Below are positions 53,204 through 63,501 of a DNA stretch of 63,501 bases, in pieces. The DNA is from Welwitschia mirabilis (lineage: Eukaryota), in NCBI GenBank assembly GCA_051453625.1, contig JBOZIK010000001.1, positions 25,273,867-25,337,367 on the forward strand, in the 5' to 3' direction. Position 1 is the stretch's first letter. Every line of letters starts with the position of its first letter. Below the pieces are notes generated by a model. That model saw nothing but the letters and a program-made list of their open reading frames with translations, was not told where the DNA came from and did no database searches. Both the position numbers and the translations under genes were made by a program.

Positions 53204-54743
53204 TGTTAGTAAAATCTATTTTTAATGATTTCACTTGTCAAATATTTTATGATATTGTGTAGATAGGTTGATGTAAAAGAACTTTAATTATGAAAAGTGA
53301 AAGTAAATATTAGACCTTCAAGATGATATCTTATCAAAGGTTCAAATTGGAATTAAAAATGCCAAATTAGTTGACCAAAGACTTCTACAAAATGGAAGAC
53401 ATCTATGGGAAAGACTGAAAAATGGAATACATCTATGCGAAATACATCTACACTCTTGAATATATCTATGGTAAAGATGTCTATAGCTTGGAAGACATCT
53501 ATGTTAAACTATTTTTTGAGTCATGTGTCAAAGATGACTACCTCAATGACGATGACTATATTGAAAGATGGATTTGACATAGATAAAATACAACTACATG
53601 TTTGAAGACAACTATACTAAATTGGAAAATGTAATGAGGTCAACTTTTACTTTAACAAATTATTTACTTTCTATGAAGGCTATTAATATTTGCATTATGA
53701 ATTCATAATCATTAAGGACTAGAGATTATATAGTTTAAGTCTCATCAAATTTTAGGTACTTTAACTAAAGAAATTTACTAGTTGCAAGATGTTTAACTAA
53801 TAGTGGAGATCTATGATTTTGAAGATGTCTTTGATAAAGGTTAATGTCAAATAATAAATAAGATGTACACTCAACACATAACCATTTTTATTCAGTGCAC
53901 AAAAGCTACAAAATTCAAACATCTATCTTCTAAGTCAAACAGATACAAACTCTTTGAATAGTATAAAGGGATGATATGATGAATAAATCTTAAGTATCTA
54001 AGTTACATAACAAAGAATGAATGAATGCATGAATGATTAGATCTACTCACAAAGCATCAAGCTATCATTTGTAAGAAACTTTTAAAGGACTACATCATTT
54101 ATTCATTGAATTTTATAACGTTGCATCATTCTTTGACACTCATGATGATGATAACAAGAAGGAATTCAAGCTCTTCTTAAAACATATATAATTTAGGCTT
54201 GTTGTTACATTTATTTATTGGATCATACATTGTTGGACTAGTTTATTCTTGCATACTTTTGTATAATCCATTCTTGTATTATTAAACTTAAATATCCCTT
54301 CCTATAATTCCATTTTATAAGGTAATCATTGTATAGGTGCACTTTGTAAATGCTTGTGAGCATGTTATGTTTTTGTATTATTGATTTTCCCTAAGGGAAA
54401 GAAATTGTTATTTTATGAGGAGTATCTCACATTGTGATTCTTCTTGTATGCACAATTTTGATATTATATTGTTGTTTATTCGTGTGGAGTAGAGAGTATT
54501 GTGTTATGAGGGGACTCTTATTTTTTTATGTACCACTGATGGTGCATCCAAACCACTATTCTTTATAGGTTAAGAATATTTAGAGATGTGAGAGGAAGAT
54601 ACCCTTTATATGTGGGCATACCTAGGTTTGGAAACCACGTTATCTTAAGATATTTATTACATAGCTTTTAAATTTATTTTTTATGGATTTTTCTTTTTTA
54701 TAGACCTTATTTATCCCTTCCCTCTAAATTCAATAATCCTTCA
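53204..54743 (+). repeat. 5' LTR of C
   Basis: TG..CA termini; both ends are similar to the B LTRs; AGACATCT motifs. Confidence 0.85.
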
Positions 54744-54794
54744 GTGGTGTCAGAGTGGGCACTCATAAAAAGGAGTAACTTCCTTAAATGAACT

Positions 54795-57700
54795 ATGGAA
54801 GGAGTGTTATCCCTTAGATCTCTGCTCTGTGATGAGGCTAACCATGTCTATTGGAAGATAAGAATATAGGTATACCTATAGTCTTATAAATTTTAGGTTT
54901 GTTAAAGCACAGAAGAAGCATATACAAAATATATAGAAACCATAGCAAATGATGCAGGAAATACCATCACATAGATAAAGCTAAGAAAAGATTAGAAAGA
55001 CAAAGAAAAGGCTACCTTCATGTATGAATCCAAAGAAAAAAATGCTCTTTATTCAACTCTTATAATGAAGGAGTTTAATAGAATGACTAGAAGTAAAATA
55101 GCACAAAAGATATAAAACATTCTAGTAGGAACATATGAAGGAATTTATGTTTTCAAGTAACCAAAGCTTCTTATATGAATGGATTATTTTGAAAATCTCA
55201 AAATGAAAAATGGAGAGGGAGTTCATAAGTACCTTACAATAGTCTTCAACATTGTAAATGAAATACATGGCATTGGTGAAAGTCCTCTAAAGGCCAGGGT
55301 AATACAAAATGTTATCAGATCTCTAACCCCTAAATACAATCTTAAGATTATAATTAAGAATAAATCAAGAGATTTCAATTCTATGAAGATTAAAGAGATA
55401 TAAAATGCCTTAATAGCTTATAAAATGAATCTCATTCAAGATGGTGCATTAGAATACAAGCCCATTTCTCTTAAAGCTAGTAAAATAAAAAAATGAAGTT
55501 TAAAAGAAAGGATAAATGAAGAATTAGAAAATAATAACTTTGAGGATGATGTAGATGAAGGACTTACTTTCATCATAAGGAGGGTGAACAGACTTCTTTA
55601 TTGCAAATACAATAACAGAAAGAATTTTAAACAATCATCCTATTTTAAGCCAAAGATAAGTTTAAAGGTAAAACTTCTAGTAATACTTTATTTTATTTCA
55701 AATCTGATGTTTCCAACATAGAATGTTGGGTATGTAGAAGATGAGGAAACATAGCCTCAAAATTTCCTAGTTCTAACAAAATGCAAGAAAAGGCATAAAA
55801 GAAAGAGCCAAATAAAAAGAGATATTTCCTAATAGGATGAAATAATGATGAAGATGCAATAGAGGTAGGAACATCTAATTATGAAAAATTTCATCCTTCT
55901 TATATGGCCATTATATGCATTTAAGAGGAGAATGATGATAAAAAAGAAGAGCTTCAAGTAGATAGTGAATATGAAACAAGTTTGAATCTTTAAAAAAAGT
56001 ATGATGTAATTTCTAAATAATTTGTTAAATTTCAAACGATATGTACGAAGATCAAAAAATTACTTCACACCCATGAATTAGCTTATAAACATGAAAAGGA
56101 TTCTTGTAATAAATTATCTTCTAATAATTTATTTTTATAAAGCTGAGATTAATAGACTAACATGTGAATTGAAGAATGCAAAATAGGAAATCTTGAACTT
56201 AAAGAAAATCAATGCAAAATTTACTCAATAAAAAGGGACTTTAAATATCAATTTTCAATAATACAAACTCTTAAATGAAAAAGTGGTTTGGGTCACAATA
56301 AATCCTCTACTAGTACTTTAGTCTTTTTGTCTCATAAATGGAATTACAAACCAACATATGAGAATTTAGTATTTACAAATAATATTATCTACTATTGTTA
56401 TCATAATAGATTTCATTATCAATTTAATTACCCATTGAAATTCAAAAATAAATATCACACTAATAGTACCAAAAGGACTAGTAGAATGGTACAATATTTT
56501 GTATAGGAAAAAAAAAGGATGGATTCCAAAATCAAAACTAGAAATTTTAGCACAAATTGAACTAAGAGTAGTAAAGAAGCATGCTTGACACATTGGATGT
56601 TTAAGAAACATGACTGAAGATAAATCCAGCTTTACCACCTTCATGGAATAAGATAAGGAAGTGGTAACCTTTGGAGATAATGCAAAATACCAATCAAAGT
56701 ATTAGAACCATTAAAGGAGGTAAAAAATGTATTCTTTATAGAAGGTTTACAACATAACCTTTTGATTGTTAGTTAACTTTATAATGCAAATGTTTCTATT
56801 ACTTTTACAAAAAATAATGATATCATTAGAGAAAAAAATTTAATAAAAGTTTTATTTGCTGGTATAAGAAAGTCAAATGTTTATATTACTACTCTACAAG
56901 ATATTCTAACAAGAAAACCAAGTTTTTATTAAGCATAATAGGTGAAATGAAGCTATGGCATAAAAAGCTTAAACGTGTAAACAAAGACTTGCTCAAAATC
57001 CTATCTACAAAAGAAATGGTAAGAGGACTTTCCAAGTTAATAAGCTTTGATAATTAAGTTTGTGAAGCATGCTAGAAAGGGAAGTAGATAAGGTTAATAT
57101 TTAATAGAAAAAATACTATCTCAACTAAACACCCATGAGATATTTTACACCTTAATATTATTGGTCCTTCATCTACAAAAAGTCTTAGAAAGACAATGTA
57201 TTATTTAACTATTATTGATGAATACTTTTATTTTATATAGATTGCCTTTATTACACATAAATATGAGGCATTTAGTATTTTATCTAAGTTGTTTATCATA
57301 TTAAAAATAAAAAAGGATAGAGGATCAAAATGATAAGAAGTAATAATGATACAAAATTTAAAAATGTAAGGTTCAAAGATTTCTATGAATAGTTTAGCAT
57401 TATACACCAATTCTTTGCATCTAGAATTTCCAACAAAATGGAGTGGCTAAAATAAAGAATAAAGTACTTAATGAAGTGACTAGGATAATGATGCATAATA
57501 AATAGGTATCTTATCATGTTTGGACAAAAGCAATAAACATAGCTTGCTACATTTTAAATCAGGTTCTGGTAAGATGATTCACTTTTAAAACTTCATATGA
57601 CTTATGGTATGATAAGAAACTATCAATAAGTTACTTTTATATCTTTGGATAAAAGTGTTTTATTTTGAATAAAAGGATAATTGAGAAAGTTCAATTTAAA

Positions 57701-58240
57701 GGTTGATGATGGCATTTTTCTACAATATTCTATGACCAATAAAGCATATAGGATGTATAACAATAGAATCCATGTAGTTGGGAAAACTAAAAATTTTACA
57801 GTAACATCTTCTATAGATGTATAAGATGATTATATTTCTATGTATATTGATTAAGTATCTAGCCATTCTTAAATTTAAACAGTTAGTGAGGAGAAAGAAG
57901 AAAAGACAAACCAAGAAAATCCTTTAAACTTGATCAAACTGAAAAGAAGTTATTTTATCAACAACATAATAGGTAGCCGATTATGGTATTTAAACTTAAA
58001 GTTACATAAAGTAAATTAGTGAACTTTCCATCTATATCTCAAAGAATTCAATACAACACTTAAAAATCAAGCACATTAAGATCAAACATTATTATCTTAG
58101 GAAGCACATTCAAAACAAGGGCATCACAGTGTAATATATCTATATCGACAATCAACTTGCTGATGTATTCATGAAATCTGTAAGTACTGAAAGGTTTGTA
58201 TAATTGTCTAGGAACTTAAGGATCAGAACTTATCCAATCA
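54795..58240 (+). pseudogene. pol: Degenerate gag-pol of C (gag, protease, integrase, RNase H C-terminus)
   Basis: IECWVCRR*GNIASKFP knuckle; GCLRNMTEDKS protease (~56596); LWHKKLKRVN; VCEAC*KGK; LHLNIIGP; QQNGVAKIKN; WTKAINIACYILN; then IQHLKIKHIKIKHYYLR and NQLADVFMKS (~58050-58180). Confidence 0.9.
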
Positions 58241-58963
58241 ATTAAGTTATTAGCTAACATCATTTAAATCTTAAATCCACTCTATGATATCTTAAGATTT
58301 TAGATTATAGTTAATGTTATAAAAGTAAAATTATATGCATGTTACTTTACTTTTTTTAAAGTTTTATTGCTATATTGATATTAGTCATAGAATATTTTAT
58401 TATTTTTGAAATTTTCAAGGAAAATGTTTTTAGTTTTGTATACTCTATCAAAATATATCTTCACACATGTAGACGTCTATTAAGTAGACATCTTTCAATT
58501 TTTAGATGTTTTTGAAGGCGAGGTACACTTTTTTAATATTTTTAAATAGACATCTTTGATCAGGTAGATGTCTTTAAAGTATGAAAAATGTATTAAAAAA
58601 TTTTTTAATAGTAAACATCTTTCACACCATAGACATCTACTTTCATGTTTTATATGTCTTTTAATAAGTAGACATCCTTCTTATACTTTGAAGAAATGAT
58701 AAACGTGTTAGAGACTAAGGTTTTGACTATTTTTAATCAAAAAAGGGCTAATAGATCTCTTTTTAAAGCCTTCACTTAATATGTCCCTTTCAGAGAACTT
58801 CTTAGCCCTAATTTTCTTAGATTTACTTGCAAAGATGTCTTGCATTTGGAAGACATCTTCATAACAAGTAAGAACAAGTGCTATTTTTCTTTCAAGTGCT
58901 TATTTTTACTTATTTTTTAATTTTATTTGGTTTATCTTCATATTTCCATATATATTTTAAAAA

Positions 58964-60207
58964 ATGAGTAGAAGAAATTCTATTAATGCCTCAAGAGGTA
59001 ATGAACCAATAACAAAGCCTCAAAGACCTCAACATGAGCCTCACTTTTACCATGAGGAAATTGCAAAAAGGTATAAAACATGGACAAGAAACTCTATGAT
59101 TATAGAAAAAACACTTGAATTCTAGAATCAAAGGAAAGATCATCTTGTGGCTTACTTCTTTTAGTTTGGATGGGACATGATTATATAGTTAGATTAAGGT
59201 ATATTAGACCCAGTGGTAAGAGAATTCTATGGCAACATTTATGAGATTAATGATAGCACTAGGGCATTATAAATACAAGTCAGAGATCCATTATTATTTC
59301 TTACTTTCATTTTTATCAATTCAATTCTTTACATTAATGATTTTAATCTCTCTCAACTTAATGTTCATTCATTTAAAAACATTTTCACTTTGTGAGCTAC
59401 GAGTTTGTTATAGAGATATATGAACAATATTTTATTTTTACACTCTAGGATGAATTTTTATGAAAACATAGAGCATAATGACATTGTTTTAGATGCTTTT
59501 ATAATTAGATTAATTACATTCTATAATATTCTAGTCAAGTGTGATAGTTATAATTACTATAATCCTATGCAGAATTTCATTATTTTATGTCTACTTGCTA
59601 GTTTAAAGATTGATTTGGAATTTATCTTGTACATGGATATCATTACATTGTTTTGTAAGGGTCAGACTCTATGAAACTCATTTTTAATTAGTTTTATTAT
59701 TAACCATGCTAGCATATTAGTACCATTGATGAATCTTATTTATTTAAAGTAAGCTCTAGCCGAATTCAATGAAAAATAATAAGTGCAGGATCATTAAGTA
59801 AGGGCATAAATAGAAGGCTATTTTAGTTTCAGTGATCATACTTCATATCCATAAATGGCTAATTATCTATAAATATTGGGTTAAAATCAATTGCAAAGAT
59901 GGTTTAAAAAATTAACCATAAACTATTGAGGTTAAAAAAGAATTGGTTCATGACTAGTAAAGGTGAAGCACTAGCAAGTAGTTAGGAACCCATGGGAACT
60001 CCTACATGGATAGACTTAGAGGATAAATTAGAAGAAGAGGCATCTCTAGCTCCATAGGGCATAGGTTATGACTTAAGAAGAGTAGCACATAGTAGTTCTT
60101 CAAAGTTTTCAGAAGATAAGGCATAGGTTTAAGGGAAGCACAATGATTTCACAGAGGCATAGGTTTAGGGGGAGGAACAGGCTCAAGGTCCATCATAGAG
60201 GTAGTAA
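58964..60207 (+). pseudogene. env: Degenerate env-like ORF of C (3' end in gap)
   Basis: MSRRNSINASRGNEP...EPHFYHEEIAKRYKTWTRNS; DPVVREFYGN; homologous to the B ORF. Confidence 0.7.
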
Positions 60208-60307
60208 NNNNNNNNNNNNNNNNNNNNNNNNNNNNNNNNNNNNNNNNNNNNNNNNNNNNNNNNNNNNNNNNNNNNNNNNNNNNNNNNNNNNNNNNNNNNN
60301 NNNNNNN

Positions 60308-63300
60308 CATAAACTTATTCAAATGCACATTTATTTGAAAATACATAAAATCTATCAATCATATAACACAAGGAAGAAAATATTTATTCATAATATAGTA
60401 CACCTATAATATTTACTAAGAATCTAAATGAGTAAGGAAATGTAAAAAATATTATTATGTCCTTTTAAAACTTCTAAATGTTTTATCATGTGATTTTAAT
60501 TCCTCACATAATGGGATTATATAATTTTAATTGTTTGGATAGATTTTCTCATGAAAATATTTTAACATAATTTTTATCATTTTTATAACTTATAAAGATT
60601 ACAAACTAAGGTTAATTTTAAAATGACATCTTATTTGATAAGGAACTTATATAAGAATAATTAATCATTTGACTAAAAGCTTAATATTTAAGTAAGTAAA
60701 GTTTATAAAATATGGGAGATGACATTCTCCCCCACTTAGATCGACTTACTCTTGGGAATCAAGATATATAAAAGGCTTCAGAATACCTAACTACATATTA
60801 TGAGATTCAAAAAAATTTGGGTATTAACTTTTTACAATTTAATACTACTCTATTTTGCATTAATCAATTCATATCTAAAACAATANNNNNNNNNNCTCTA
60901 TAAGTCAATGACAATTGTTTTTATCTCAAAATCTCCTCCACTTATGAATAAAGTATAGTTTTGTTCTACTGTCTTTGCCTTTTCTATAGCTTCTATTAGA
61001 GTGTTAGGTTGAAACATGGATGCTTAGGTAGCAACAAAAGTGAGAAGACTACCAATAAAGAGATTTACTTTAGCTTATTTATCTAGATGTATATGTGACA
61101 CATATTAGTTTTTTATACTACACATTTGCATTCATGAGATGCTATGGTTACANNNNNNNNNNNNNNNNNNNNNNNNNNNNNNNNNNNNNNNNNNNNNNNN
61201 NNNNNNNNNNNNNNNNNNNNNNNNNNNNNNNNNNNNNNNNNNNNNNNNNNNNCACATATTAGTTTTTTATACTACAAATTTGCATTCATGAGATGCTATG
61301 GTTACATTATGGGCTTGTCTTAGATTGTAAAAGTTTATAACCTTCTAGAAAATATAGAGCTTAGTAATGGACTCTTCTTGAAGGTGCTCTTAAATTTTAT
61401 TCATGAAAGTTATAGATCTTTTAACTTGGTCATTTCTATTTTCCACCATAGATTAGCTTCTCCTTATAACATATAAATAGCTAAAAAAGCCTTTCATATT
61501 CATCACATCCTAAGGTACCTGTAATTTTTTCAACATCACTTAGCAATGCTTTTACTTTAGAAGAATCTGAACCTCCTACAAACTTTGGTGGATTTATCTT
61601 AATAAACATTTGAATTAATTTTCTCATACCCACTTCCTTAGATTGATCACTACCATTATTTACTTGTGGGTTTCGACTTTGATTTACTATTTGTGATAAA
61701 AATTACATGAAGGTATTCATCAATGCTTCTAGATTAAGGTTAAACGATGGTTGATTTCCATCATTAGGTTGCTAATTTTCTTATGAATTATCTTGATTTA
61801 GATTATTTGATGTAACCGATCTAGCTTCAAGGTTCAACTAATGATAATAAGACATCTAAAAGAAAAGGAAATTTTTGGGAGTTTATAATTGAAATTATGA
61901 TAGATGTTGTTAAAAGGTTAAACTTAGAAATATTTTTTATAATCTTAAAAAGGACATGGTTATCATTATGATATGATGAGTCCTTNNNNNNNNNNAGAAT
62001 ACATAATAAAGTTTATCCCATTTCTTTATTTTCAAGAGATGAGGTTTACAACTTATGAATATGGGTTTTTACTATAAAGTTATGTGACCATATAATTTAG
62101 AATGAATAACTTGGTTATAGATTTGATTATTTTTAAAGATTTATAATTATAAGGTATTATTTATGTATATATAAATATATTTCTTTTTCCATTCCTATTT
62201 TCTTTCCTTTTTGTGCAAAAGGTTAAGCTCTTTAAGGAATAATATAAGGTTATTATCCTAAATTATTAAGATAATTGAAATTGTTCTATGTAATTATCAT
62301 CTATAGATATAATGTAATAGAGTATTTAATGATTTGAATTAATCATCTTTTTTATTTTTTTAGGGTTTTAGAATTATCATAAATATGATTAGCATAATGA
62401 TCATCTAGGGGTTGGGACTATAGTTAACCTTATGAATACTTTGAAGCTATCAAAAATATAATTGACTTCTATAGTTATTACAGTGCTAAGATTATGATTA
62501 ATATAACCTTTATAATTATTAAAATTAACATAAATATAATTTGGTATATATTTAGATAGTACAAAAATTCTAGGTATAATGGAATTCATGGGTATTAAAA
62601 GTTATGATTAAATTCATGCTTACTTAGAAGTTAAAGTTATTTTAGAATCTAGTATTATCAAGGATATAATCGATTTTACTCACGGTTTAAGATTATTAGG
62701 GATATAACAAGCTTTATATCTATTAGGAATTAAGGTTTTTATGATTTCCACTAAATTTATAATTATTAAAAAGAAAGGTTGTTCAAACCATAATTGGATT
62801 TATATTCTTATAAACCTATATGTGCTTAACATAAATATTATTTAAGTTAACCTAAAGCTCTAATACCAATTTGTAACACCATCTTTTATCTTACCCTAAT
62901 TAAGCAATAATTTTTTACTTTCTTTATTCTATAATATTTTTACTTGATAGACACAGTGGAATCTAGGACCAAATTCTACTTACTCTTTAATTATAGTTTC
63001 TATATTCTAAGAAAGACAAATCACATTAATATCATATATTTACTTATAATTAGTTTCTAAGTTAGTTTTATTTGTAAAAAATAGTGATGTCATAAGTTTT
63101 TGCCCTCCATGTCATCCCAATTTTTCATCACATAAAAGATATCTTGTGAATAGTTAAGGAGATGTAAACTTGTTATCAACATACATGCATAATTTTTAAG
63201 GATAATACTTAACCAATATAATAGGAGGATGTAACTCCAATTAATGGAATTCTAACTTGATGTTTATCCACCCTTTAGATATTAGTTGGTTCTACTGCAG

Positions 63301-63501
63301 GTTCCAAACTATGTGAACATGATTGGGCTTAACTCCATAGGCTTTTACTTCGAGTTGATATACCCCAAATATAGGTGACAAGTAGTACATGAGATGAATG
63401 CATGCTTACAAATGATCCTTACTTTTTTGAAGCATCTCTAGATGGTGCAACATAATTCATCCATGTCAAAGGCTTAAGGTATTGAGTTGGAGTAAGTTCA
63501 T
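60308..63501 (-). mobile_element. Tekay/Del-like Ty3/gypsy remnant: partial 5' LTR (62872-end), PBS, gag, PPT, partial 3' LTR (60308-60724)
   Basis: Minus strand ggtgttaca-aat-tggtattagagc (PBS 62857-62868, iMet type); PPT aagtgggggagaa (60725-60737) followed by TGTCA. Confidence 0.85.
60900..61855 (-). pseudogene. gag: Degenerate Tekay-type gag
   Basis: FIKINPPKFVGGSDSSKVKALLSDVEKI and YML*GEANLWW; ATG preceded by cttttcttttag. Confidence 0.8.

Larger units (their letters stand above)
53204..60207 (+). mobile_element. Sirevirus-like element C (relative of B): 5' LTR, gag, PR, INT, RNase H tail, env-like; RT missing; ends in gap
   Basis: LTR 53204-54743 (TGTTAG...TTCA); PBS tggtgtcagagt 54745-54756; leader nearly identical to B (actcataaaaaggagtaact). 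Confidence 0.9.

Overview
AT-rich plant genomic scaffold window with several N gaps. I see no intact host gene, RNA gene or CRISPR array. Almost all of it is a nested cluster of old retrotransposons, decayed mainly by C>T/G>A changes. It contains: (i) four Sirevirus-type Ty1/copia copies with env-like ORFs (A1 1-1717, A2 1818-7680, B 41664-49269, C 53204-60207+), each lacking a large part of pol; (ii) several Athila/OTA-type Ty3/gypsy elements (minus-strand remnant 9650-13880; D from 20951; host element E 31557-53056; gag+protease-only element F 33132-40761); (iii) a CRM-type integrase remnant (19590-20950, minus); (iv) two related Tekay/Del-type remnants (8959-9595 and 60308-63501, minus); (v) a near full-length degenerate non-LTR retrotransposon (about 24640-29290, minus) whose motifs look RTEX-like rather than like the L1/RTE LINEs usual in flowering plants. 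All protein calls come from reading motifs by eye through stops and frameshifts. Clade assignments need HMM or phylogenetic confirmation, and boundaries without a stated TSD are approximate. I found no convincing wholly new biological system; the best leads are the unusual LINE and the gag+env-like Sirevirus derivatives.
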